NCBI GenBank assembly: GCA_004431415.1
Contig: QPMI01000572.1
Span: 186,001-250,000, forward strand
DNA: 64,000 bases
Direction: 5' to 3'
Origin: Cyanophora paradoxa CCMP329
Lineage: Eukaryota > Plantae > Glaucophyta
Shown: piece after piece, positions 11,007-22,100 of the stretch
How positions within the stretch are numbered: the first letter of the stretch is position 1
Layout: every line of letters starts with the position of its first letter
Position numbers and translations under genes: made by a program
The notes under the pieces: model-generated
Database searches by the model: none
Told to the model about the DNA's origin: nothing
Seen by the model: only the letters and a program-made list of their open reading frames with translations

Positions 11007-14000
11007 TGGAGCGGACGCCGGCGGGGCCGAAGCTGGGGCGCCCGCCAGGGGGGCCGGAGCTGGAGCGGACGCCGGCGGGGCCGGAGCTGGGACGCCCGCC
11101 AGGGGGGCCGGAGCTGGAGCGGACGCCGGCGGGGCCGAAGCTGGGGCGCCCGCCAGGGGGGCCGGAGCTGGAGCGGACGCCGGCGGGGCCGAAGCTGGGG
11201 CGCCCGCCAGGGGGGCCGGAGCTGGAGCGGACGCCGGCGGGGCCGAAGCTGGGGCGCCCGCCAGGGGGGCCGGAGCTGGAGCGGACGCCGGCGGGGCCGA
11301 AGCTGGGGCGCACCGGTCGGAAGGGAACGTCACGTAGAACATTGATACATGTGCCGTGGTGTATCAATGCGACGTCCACTTTTGCAAAAAAAAAGCCGAA
11401 GCTGGGGCGCCCGCCAGGGGGGCCGGAGCTGGAGCGGACGCCGGCGGGGCCGAAGCTGGGGCGCCCGCCAGGGGGCCGGAGCTGGAGCGGACGCCGGCGG
11501 GGCCGAAGCTGGGGCGCCCGCCAGGGGGCCGGAGCTGGAGCGGACGCCGGCGGGGCCGAAGCTGGGGCGCCCGCCAGGGGGCCGGAGCTGGAGCGGACGC
11601 CGGCGGGGCCGAAGCTGGGGCGCCCGCCAGGGGGGCCGGAGCTGGAGCGGACGCCGGCGGGGCCGAAGCTGGGGCGCCCGCCAGGGGGCCGGAGCTGGAG
11701 CGGACGCCGGCGGGGCCAAATTCGAAGCTGGGGCGCCCGCCAGGGGGCCGGAGCTGGAGCGGACGCCGGCGGGGCCGAAGCTGGGGCGCCCGCCAGGGGG
11801 GCCGGAGCTGGAGCGGACGCCGGCGGGGCCGAAGCTGGGGCGCCCGCCAGGGGGCCGGAGCTGGAGCGGATGCCGGCGGGGCCGAAGCTGGGGCGCCCGC
11901 CAGGGGGGCCGGAGCTGGAGCGGACGCCGGCGGGGCCGAAGCTGGGGCGCCCGCCAGGGGGGCCGGAGCTGCAGCGGACGCCGGCGGGGCCAAATTCGAA
12001 GCTGGGGCGCCCGCCAGGGGGGCCGGAGCTGGAGCGGACGCCGGCGGGGCCGAAGCTGGGGCGCCCGCCAGGGGGGCCGGAGCTGGAGCGGACGCCGGCG
12101 GGGCCAAATTCGAAGCTGGGGCGCCCGCCAGGGGGCCGGAGCTGGAGCGGACGCCGGCGGGGCCGAAGCTGGGGCGCCCGCCAGGGGGCCGGAGCTGGAG
12201 CGGACGCCGGCGGGGCCGAAGCTGGGGCGCCCGCCAGGGGGGCCGGAGCTGGAGCGGATGCCGGCGGGGCCGAAGCTGGGGCGCCCGCCAGGGGGCCGGA
12301 GCTGGAGCGGACGCCGGCGGGGCCGAAGCTGGGGCGCCCGCCAGGGGGGCCGGAGCTGCAGCGGACGCCGGCGGGGCCGAATGCGAAGCTGGGGCGCCCG
12401 CCAGGGGGGCCGGAGCTGGAGCGGACGCCGGCGGGGCCGGAGCTGGGACGCCCGCCAGGGGGCCGGAGCTGGAGCGGACGCCGGCGGGGCCGAAGCTGGG
12501 GCGCCCGCCAGGGGGCCGGAGCTGGAGCGGACGCCGGCGGGGCCGAAGCTGGGGCGCCCGCCAGGGGGCCGGAGCTGGAGCGGACGCCGGCGGGGCCGAA
12601 GCTGGGGCGCCCGCCAGGGGGCCGGAGCTGGAGCGGACGCCGGCGGGGCCGAAGCTGGGCGCCCGCCAGGGGGCCGGAGCTGGAGCGGACGCCGGCGGGG
12701 CCGAAGCTGGGGCGCCCGCCAGGGGGGCCGGAGCTGGAGCGGACGCCGGCGGGGCCGAAGCTGGGGCGCCCGCCAGGGGGCCGGAGCTGGAGCGGACGCC
12801 GGCGGGGCCGAAGCTGGGGCGCCCGCCAGGGGGGCCGGAGCTGGAGCGGACGCCGGCGGGGCCGAAGCTGGGGCGCCCGCCAGGGGGGCCGGAGCTGGAG
12901 CGGACGCCGGCGGGCCGAAGCTGGGGCGCCGCCAGGGGGCCGAGCTGGAGCGGACGCCGGCGGGCCGAAGCTGGGGCGCCGCCAGGGGGCCGGAGCTGGA
13001 GCGGACGCCGGCGGGGCCGAAGCTGGGGCGCCCGCCAGGGGGCCGGAGCTGGAGCGGACGCCGGCGGGGCCGAAGCTGGGGCGCCCGCCAGGGGGCCGGA
13101 GCTGGAGCGGACGCCGGCGGGGCCAAATTCGAAGCTGGGGCGCCCGCCAGGGGGGCCGGAGCTGGAGCGGACGCCGGCGGGCCGAAGCTGGGGCGCCCGC
13201 CAGGGGGGCCGGAGCTGGAGCGGACGCCGGCGGGGCCGAAGCTGGGGCGCCCCCAGGGGGCCGGAGCTGGAGCGGACGCCGGCGGGGCCGAAGCTGGGGC
13301 GCCCGCCAGGGGGCCGGAGCTGGAGCGGACGCCGGCGGGGCCGAAGCTGGGGCGCCCGCCAGGGGGGCCGGAGCTGGAGCGGACGCCGGCGGGGCCGAAG
13401 CTGGGGCGCCCGCCAGGGGGCCGGAGCTGGAGCGGACGCCGGCGGGGCCGAAGCTGGGGCGCCCGCCAGGGGGCCGGAGCTGGAGCGGACGCCGGCGGGG
13501 CCGAAGCTGGGCGCCCGCCAGGGGGCCGGAGCTGGAGCGGACGCCGGCGGGGCCAAATTCGAAGCTGGGGCGCCCGCCAGGGGGGCCGGAGCTGGAGCGG
13601 ATGCCGGCGGGGCCGAAGCTGGGGCGCCCGCCAGGGGGCCGGAGCTGGAGCGGACGCCGGCGGGGCCGAAGCTGGGGCGCCCGCCAGGGGGGCCGGAGCT
13701 GGAGCGGACGCCGGCGGGGCCGAAGCTGGGGCGCCCGCCAGGGGGGTCGGAGCTGGAGCAGACGCCGGCGGGGCCGAAGCTGGGGCGCCCGCCAGGGGGG
13801 CCGGAGCTGGAGCGGACGCCGGCGGGGCCGAAGCTGGGGCGCCCGCCAGGGGGGCCGGAGCTGGAGCGGATGCCGGCGGGGCCGAAGCTGGGGCGCCCGC
13901 CAGGGGGCCGGAGCTGGAGCGGACGCCGGCGGGGCCGAAGCTGGGCGCCCGCCAGGGGGCCGGAGCTGGAGCGGACGCCGGCGGGGCCGAAGCTGGGGCG

Positions 14001-14106
14001 CCCGCCAGGGGGCCGGAGCTGGAGCGGACGCCGGCGGGGCCGAAGCTGGGGCGCCCGCCAGGGGGGCCGGAGCTGGAGCGGACGCCGGCGGGGCCGAAGC
14101 TGGGGC
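11007..14106. repeat. Tandem array of a 54-bp unit (many copies 53 bp), roughly 55-57 copies
   Basis: Unit GGAGCTGGAGCGGACGCCGGCGGGGCCGAAGCTGGGGCGCCCGCCAGGGGGGCC. Variants include G5/G6 runs, a 6-bp AAATTC insertion and a few substitutions. Confidence 0.98.
11312..11394 (+). mobile_element. 83-bp retroposed fragment (5'-truncated LINE/SINE 3' tail)
   Basis: Unique sequence ending in A9, flanked by direct repeat GCCGAAGCTGGGGCGC (11296-11311 and 11395-11410). Contains a 10-bp stem CATTGATACA/TGTATCAATG. Confidence 0.8.
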
Positions 14107-17027
14107 CGCCGCTGGCGGGGCCGGAGTGTCGACTGGGGCGGACGGCGACTCTGCCGGTGCTGGCCTCCGCCGGCGTTGCGGGCCACTGGCAGGCTGGGAC
14201 GAGGAGTCTTCGGGAGCGGAGCGCTTGGAGCTGGCAGCCCAGCCGGGAGCCGAACGAGACGCTTCGCCTGCGGGCGAGATGAAATGTGCTTTGCCGCCAA
14301 GCTCAAGGGGCTTGGAGCTCCGGATCCGTTGGGCTGCCGCCGAGCCCTGGAGATGATCATGATCTCGTCAGCATCGATTTTCAGCGAAGTAAATCTCGAG
14401 CCCATGAACGTCCAACGGTGCGCACGTGAGCGGCCGGCGCTGCGGGCGTCGAGGTTGCCCGTGTACATGTGCCCGTTCGAATTCCGCCGAAAACCTGCGG
14501 CCGGCCACGTTTGTGCTTTTTATATTACGTATGCATTAATATTACATATATATATATGAATTCGCAATGACTAGTACTGTACCGGCAAGGCCTTTGAGGA
14601 GCTCGAGCTCGAGGGCAGCTGCAGACCGCCCGTGCACGTGGCCGCACCTCCGGATGCTGCGGCTATATTCTGCGATCGATCCGACGTGTGAGAGCAGGAA
14701 GCTTTTATATATATAGAATTCGTATATATCGAATGCGAAGTCGACGCGCTTCATGATCATGATATCGATCATGATCATGATCATGATTAACGTCGCCAGC
14801 GGGCGCTGCTTCCGACTGCGATCGCGGCGCCGGCAGCCAACGTCCCCTCTGCGTATAATTATAATATCATTCAGAGCGCTAGCTGTAGCCGGCCGCGGCG
14901 CAAGGGGAAGTTCGAAGAATCGCTCACGGAATCGCGAAGCTGCGTGGTCACTCGCGATTTTGTGTAGCCGACATCGCCGGCGCGACGGCGCCGCTTTGGC
15001 GCTGGCCGCGTCGATTCCGGCGACGATTTCCGCTTCGAAATCCCCTTCGCAGCCGGCGCCGGCCGCGGCTTCTGCTTTCGCCCGGTGCGCTTCTGCCTCA
15101 GGCATTTGCAGACGGCGGGCAAATCCCCCGAATTCTGCATCTCCTCCATGAGAAGCCTGTAGGCCTCCTCAGCGGATATGTCCGGACGGACGTCCCGCCT
15201 CCGCTTCGCGAGGTTGCTTTCCGCCGTCACGTACTTTGCGAGGAAGCGAGCCTGGCCCGGGTCGCGCTTGATTTCTGCGGAAAATTGAATTAAAGTCGGA
15301 TTCGAAATTCGGGGCCGGGCATGAACTCCGGATCCGGATCCGCATGCACGAGCGAGCACATGGATGCACCGTCTAGCGAGCGGAACAACCCCAATTTCGT
15401 CTTCTTGTCTGGCGAATTCTCGTACTGCCGGACAATGTCCTCGCCATAGGTGGATAGCACTGCGGCGTCACGCGCTCTTTGCGCATCCTGCAAAGTAGAG
15501 TTGCAGCCCGTTAACTATAAATATCGATATCGATACTATTTACCGGCTACTAATGAACCCTCTCTGTCTGTAAATTAATGTAAATAATGCACCTGTAGTG
15601 TGCAGAAGGTCCCGATAGTGCTCTCAGTCAGCTTATCTTTTCCAACCGGACCTACCGCGTCGTCCTGAGAGTTTTTCGATTTAATTTAGCAACCGGAATC
15701 AAAATTGAAAAATATTCGACTTCGAAAATGCACCTCTGCAATCCATATCCTGGCTTTGTAGCGAACTTCTTTCGAACTCTTATCTTTCGCGATCGGAGTA
15801 CGAGGGTCTTTCAACTGCGGTATTGCAGTTGTCATTCGCGCGACCGTGCGACTGCAGGTCGAGGGCCGACTTAGCGTGATCATCAATTCGACGCACATCG
15901 ATATCAGGTGCGCGTGTGCCCTCATCGGAGTCAGCGTCGGCGTCCTCGGACTCAGCCGCGGACTCGGAAGCGTTCTCCGAGGGCTCGTACTCGCGTTCTC
16001 GCGAATTCGAATTGAAACTCGAAGGTCGCCGGCTGGAACTCGAAGCCCCGATATCGATATCTCGATCGGTCTGTAAATACTAAGTTATAACTTATTACTT
16101 ATGACGCATGCGGACACCCGTAAAAAAACTCAGTCTTCACGGGACGGCCGAGCCAAAAATCCTCGGTAGTTTGATTGAGGTCAGAAAACTTACCTTAGGG
16201 TTGTGTCAACGCATATGAGAACACAGTGTGGCATAACGTAAATTACATCAGAATCACAAATTAAATATTAAATTTTGACTTCAGATTTACAATTAGGTAC
16301 CGCGCTTATTCTCGAAAATCTGCTGCGATAACGCCAGACACATTACCCCAAGTGAAACTAAACTCAAAATGTCAGCACGTTAATTTAATTAAAAACCGCA
16401 ATTTTAATTTTGCCCAGCCGCGCGCGGATCGAAATCGATCGATCGAAAACCGGTTCCAGTTTGGGTTTTAAAGACTCTGAGAAATTTAATGCATGCCACA
16501 TGGATTCGCAGTCGTAGTGCGCGCCAAATGCGTGCGGACGCGATCGTAGTACTACGGTACCGTAGTACGTGGTAGTACGGTGGTACTACGTGCACGTGCT
16601 CGCAAATTGCATGAGCCGATCGCGACGTCGCAATCGCCGCGGCGCGAGCCCGGGCCACGACGTCGACTTTGACTAGGACTCTTTCAGTGAACTGTCGGGC
16701 AACTTCTATAAAACAAATTAAAATCGAATCGATCCGATCGACGGTCCGGTACCCCTCGGCCTTCGCCAGTACCAGACTACTACCGTAGTACTACCGGTTC
16801 GATCCGATCGGACGTACCGGATTTTCCTTCACTCAGGTTGACGTGTCACAGTGTGTCACCGCGGCCCGCGGTACCGGTAGCGCCGCGCGCGCAGCGGCGC
16901 GCTGCGGCGCGCGCTGGCCGTGGCCGCCGCCACGCGGCGCCGTCGACGTCACGGCGTGGCGCGAGCCGCGCGACTGTCGCGTGAGTCGAGTTTTTCCCAG
17001 CAGTTTAAGCTGGCCAGTGGCGTGCAT

Positions 17028-17153
17028 GGAAAGTGGCAGATAACGGAAGTAACGGAAAGTGGCGGATAATTATAACGGACGTTTCCGGAAAGTAACGGAC
17101 AGCTTAAGTGGCGGATAGCGAAAAGTAACGGAAAGTAACCGAAACACACCGTG
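17028..17153. mobile_element. Probable orphan DNA-transposon end with subterminal repeats
   Basis: Five TAACGG and three AAGTGGC motifs in ~125 bp, ending ..ACACACCGTG (CACGGTGT on the - strand). No partner end found by eye. Confidence 0.4.
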
Positions 17154-17701
17154 CACTGCAGTCTAGCTGCAGGCCCGCTGATCATGATTCATGAGCAGCA
17201 GCAGCAGCTGTCGTTGCTGCAGTTGCGCTTAGCAACCGCGTACATACTAGTGCTGCTGCGCATGTAGCTAGCGCTGCTGCGCATGCTTAAGCTTGTGCAG
17301 ACGGAGCACTGCGGCGCATCAGCAGGTGAATTCGAATTCGAAGTCAACGCAGCGATTGCGATCGCGAAAGCAGTGATCCTGATTTTGTCGAAGCCGCTGC
17401 TTATGAGCACCCGCTCCGGATCGTGAAGTGCCCGGCGGCCGCGACCGTATATATTTGAAGATTATTCGAATTCTTTTCTCCTGAAAACGTCCGTCGTTCT
17501 GGCAAACTGCGCAAGATTCGAAATATATAATAGCTAATTGTAACAGTTCCGATCTATAGCTAGATCTTCCGAAGCTCCGCTTCCGAAGCTCAAGATCTGA
17601 GAGTCTAGATCGAGGTCGGCGCGGCCGACGCGACGCGTATGGCGCTGACGTCAACGCTGCGCGTTTCTCGATTGGATTGAAGTTCAGCTGCAGCTGCAGA
17701 T

Positions 17702-17817
17702 CGAAAAAATTCATTTCTGCGTGTAAGTTTCTTTCGAATTCGCGTGCGCAGGCCCACAAGGCCCTCCTCCGAAAAAATTCATTTCTGCGTGTAAGTTTCT
17801 TTCGAATTCGCGTGCGA
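17702..17817. repeat. Direct repeat of ~47 bp, two copies
   Basis: CGAAAAAATTCATTTCTGCGTGTAAGTTTCTTTCGAATTCGCGTGCG at 17702 and 17770. Confidence 0.9.
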
Positions 17818-19176
17818 TCGCTATAGCTATGTCCGACGGTCATGATATCGATCATCAGTTAATGGGGGGGTGCGGGGGGGCTTGCCCCCCTGCTTGTACG
17901 CGTACGTAAATGACCAATCCGCGAAAAAGTCAGCTATATAGCTACGCTTTAAGGAAGGTCAGCTATTTCGCTTGCTATTTTAATCAATTAGGTGCAGTTT
18001 GCAAGCGCTGCAAGCGCTGCAAAGTTGAAGCTAGTTCTTCCGGGTTTAAGCTTCGCTGAACACTCGTCGGTACCTTCGAGGCCGCGTCGGACGACCCCCT
18101 GGAATTCTCCCAGTCGCCCTCCTCTTCGTCGCCCAGTGCCACGGGATCTTCCGGCTGCGAAGAGGATGCAATATTTAGAAACGCGCGCTCGCATTTCGAA
18201 TTCGAGCCGCATTCGCATTCCGAGCCCCGCGCGCATTCCGAGCATTCGAACTCGCTGCTCACCTCTCCGCTTCGATTCTGATCAACGTGCAGAGATGGCC
18301 ATGGCGGCCCGGAAGAATCAGGATCTTGATCCATTTTTATGCAGGGCCCGTCGCTGACGTGACGTGACAGGGCCCGTCTCTGTCGAGAATGAATTAGTTC
18401 GGCGCGCGGATTCGCCGGCGTCGCGCTCTGCGACGGGCCGGTGATGGCCGCGCGCGGGCGCACGGTGATGGCCGCGCGCGCGGGGGCGCACGTATCTGTA
18501 TCTTACTGAATCTGCGGTCACGAGTATATATGTATATATATATCACGAGCTCCCCCCCCCCCGCGTGACCCCCGCGTGACACGAGCTCGAGCTCTGGACG
18601 ATTAAAATATTCCTTTTTCCTCTAGCTGTATATGAAAACCTTCGATCGGGGGGGGATTTTGGGGGGGGGGGGAGGGGGGAGGGGGGGGAGGGGGGGAGGG
18701 GGAGGGGGGGGGAGGGGGGGAGGGGGCCTTCCGGAATTGTGTGCATGCTGCTGCTTGTGTGCATTTTATGTTAATATTATATTAATTAACACAGCACCAC
18801 CAGCCATGCGTATATATATGGCAGGCTTCTATATATATTCTGCAATATGGCAGAATGTACCGTATACGTAATTCACTTGCGCCAGAAACTAATGCGTATT
18901 TGGACTCGGAACCCTCAGGGCCTATACTATGGCTATTAACGCGGCAACTAAGTCATTTATGCTCTTATTGAGGATATACTAATCTGCATAGCGGCACTAT
19001 TTAAATTCTGTAGAATGCAGTACCGAACACCACATTACACTTATAATGCGGGACTAGCTATAGCTGGGATTCACGACTCAAAACATACGTATACGTATAC
19101 CTTCATCTAACTCATTTATGTTATACCTATAGCTCCAACGAACTGATTTACATTCCGAAATCAACAGATGCAATCA

Positions 19177-22100
19177 TCACGCAACCGAGTAGGCGCGGTG
19201 CCTGGAGGCGCCGGCGCTCGCCGCGTTGGACGCCGGGGCGGAGGCCGCGGGCGTCGACCCCTGGCCGGGCGGGCGGGGCCCGAAGACGGAGGGGATGAGG
19301 GTGCCGGGGAAGCAGGTCGTGCCGGCGGCCTCGGCGGAGGCGCCCGTGGCGAGGGCGGCGTCCCCAGGGCGCGGCGCCTCGGGCGGCGCCGGCCACTCGA
19401 CGGAGCGGACGTCGATGTCGAGGCTGCCGGCCGAGAGGGGCGTGTACGCCGATCCGTCCGAGGCGCGGCGGGCGTAGTCGTAGCCGGCGCCCGTCGCGTC
19501 CGCCGGCGGCGGCGCGCTCCTGCGCCCTGGGGCCTGGCCCTTGTCGCGGTCGACGAGGTGGACGTGGACGTCGGCGGTGGCGCGCGAGGCCGCCCACGCC
19601 GCCGCCAGCGCCGCCGCGCCCCTGCCACCCCCCTTCCCGCCCCCGCCCCCGCCGGCGAGCTCGAGCTTGGGGTCGAGGCCGAGGACGTGCGGCCCGCCCG
19701 CCCCGATGTGCACCACCTCGCCGTCCTGCCGCGCGGAGCGGTGAGCGGCCGAGGGCGGCGTCTCATAGTTCTATTTGAAGCCCGTCTCCTTGGAGATTTC
19801 TATACAGCAAGCTATAGATATGAACAAGGGCCACCTCGTTGACGTCGCGGAAGTCCTCCGTCGTCTCCCGCACCTTCTGCTTCAGCACCCCGTGCTTCTG
19901 CGCGCCCCGGGCAGAGCCCGGGTGTGAGCCTCGGGCGGAATAAATACATAGAAGAGGAGGGGGCGGGGTCGGACGCGGAGGAAGTGGAGGGCGAAGAGGT
20001 AGCCTGCGAGGCACTTGGCGACGACCTCGAAGGCGGCGAGGCCCAGCGCGTACAGCGCCGAGAGGAAGTCCAGGATCGTCTGAAGGGGGGCCGCCCCGCG
20101 GCCGCGTCAGCGCGAATATATGCCAGACCGATATCGGAATCCAGGAACCCCACTAGATCTAGACGTCAACAGAGACGGCACTCGTTGCGGCGCGAGCGGG
20201 CGGGCGGGCGCACGTTCTTGGCCTTGTTGTCGACGACGAGGTAGTTGGGGGCGATGGAGAAGGAGACGCGGAACGCGACCCGGTTCCGCGCCTGCGGGCA
20301 GGGTTACGCCGCCCCGCTTAAGTTTAAGCGCGCTAAAGCTTGAACTTGAAATTAGATTGAAGTTCTAGTTTGGTTTGAGCGGCCTGCTCAAAAGTAATCT
20401 AAGCGCGAACGGCGAGCGCACCTGGAGGTCGGGGCGGAAGTCGTCGGCGCCGACCTCCGCCTCCGTGTTGTCCACCCCGGGCACCCCGGGCTGCGAGCCC
20501 CGGCGGCGGTCAGCCTGGCAGAGACCGGCGAGGACGCGGGAGCTTGGGGGTGGAGGGAGATAATTCATAGGCGTCTAGATACGATCGCGGGGCTCGGAAA
20601 CAACCGTTGAACCGTCAATCTTTAGATCTAGACCACGATCGGAACGTTGATCCGGTGATCCCCGCCGCCCATGCCAGCGGAGCGCACCGTGAAGCGGGCG
20701 CGCCCCTGCGCGTTCCTGTCGGCGAAGTGCACCGCCGTGAGCGTCACCTGCCCGTGAGAATCAATTAAGTGAGCGTCAAAAGCCGCCAGCGATCTCGGGA
20801 GCGTTCTAACGCGTTCAGCTTAGCTTTATAGCTAAGCTTTAGCTCCTTCTTAGCTTCTTAGCTTCTTCTTAGCTTCTTCTTAGCTTCTTCTTAGCTTCTC
20901 CTTAGCTTCTTCTTAGCTTCTTCTTAGCTTCTTCTTAGCTTCTTCTTAGCTTCTTCTTAGCTCCCGGGCGCACGGGGACGCGGACGTCGCCCTCGCCGCG
21001 GAAGACGCGCGCGGCGTCGCTCGTCGCCGCCGTCCCGTTGATTGACGTCTCCCCGGGCAGCTGGCCCCGCGTCAGAGCGGAGGCGGGGGAGGAGGGGGAG
21101 GAAGAGGAGGAGGAGGGGGAGGGGGAGGAGTGGAGGGGCGCGCCCGGACGGCGAACTGGACGACGGCGGCGGTGGCGAGGGTGAGGGGGGAGGCCCAGGG
21201 GGGCGCCAGCTCCACCAGGAACCCCGCGCTCGTCCGCGCCTCCGTGTTCGCCAGCCTGCGCCCCGCCGGCGACGTTAACGGTCAGCGTGCGTTAGCGCCC
21301 AGATCTAGAGACCGGAAGCAGCAAAAACTGCGCATGCTCGCCTGCAGGACTTGCATGCGTAGCTGACGATGCAGGTGAGGCCGTCCGCCGAGCGGCCCGA
21401 GCGGATGACGGCGGATCCGGCAGACGCCGTGATCCCTACGGGCGTCACCTGCGCGACGTCGACCGCAGGCGAGCGGCCCGGGCCGGGGTGGGGTTAGCCT
21501 AGCGGAGGCCTGTGGCCGCCCGGTCGGACCCTGGCGTCGAGGCCGGCCCTGCAGGGCCCCGCGTAGCCGCGGAAGCCGGCGACGACGCCGTACTCCCCCT
21601 GGATGTTGTTGAGCGAGGGCGAGACCCCCGGGTTCAGCGACTGGCCGCGCCCGGCGTCAGAGAGGTAAAGCTAAGGGAGGCGGGAGGGACTCGGGGACCT
21701 GGGTGACGATGAAGTTGGCGGTGAGCTGCTGGGCGACGGTGAAGGAGACGGCGAGGAAGACGGCCGCCGCCCCGAGCAGCGTGAAGAACGCCCCGCTGCG
21801 AGGAGGAGGTTAGGGGGGAAGGAGGAGGGGGAGGGGACGGGGCACCTGATGGTGCGCTTCTGGCCTTCCTCGCGGTAGAAGTAGTGCAGGCGCACCACCT
21901 GAGGGGCGCGGGGCGTCGGCAGAGGCGGGCGGGCCGGCGGGCCGGTGCCCCGGCCTTCAGATCTGCTCACCTTTTTGACGCGCTGGTTGATGGTGAGCCC
22001 GATGATCTTCGAGTTGAGGAGCCACACCCAGGCGTACAGCAGGAGCCCGACTGGCGCGCCCGGCCGCCAGTCAAGGTGCGGCGCGGCAAGGCGAGGCGAG

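Larger units (their letters stand above)
9850..16070 (-). pseudogene. AP2-like DNA-binding-domain gene with a long Pro/Ala repeat region, disrupted by insertions
   Basis: GT-AG exons ending 15734, 15664-15593 and starting 15487 splice to RYKARIWIAE-DDAVGPVGKDKLTESTIGTFCTLQ-DAQRARDAAVLSTYG (AP2 pattern). A basic NLS-like region follows, then the APASAPPASAPAPAPLAG array and further protein-like segments (CQFPACSRE, FTKLLSWKEGQPKPQRVRDGLAVADLINRLYY). An in-frame TGA lies in the insertion at 11364-11366. Both ends are approximate. Confidence 0.6.

Noticed and set aside
11007-14106. Possible CRISPR array
   Set aside because: Units are head-to-tail without unique spacers, there are no cas genes, and the context is eukaryotic. 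The single unique insert has a TSD and poly(A).
10835-14559. Three ~1000-aa + strand ORFs
   Set aside because: They are by-products of a stop-free tandem repeat. The flanking protein-like sequence and splice signals favour the - strand.
17984-18463. 159-aa - strand ORF with ECSEC/ECEC
   Set aside because: The Cys pattern coincides with TTCGAA/GCATTC repeats, and there is no recognisable domain or codon support.
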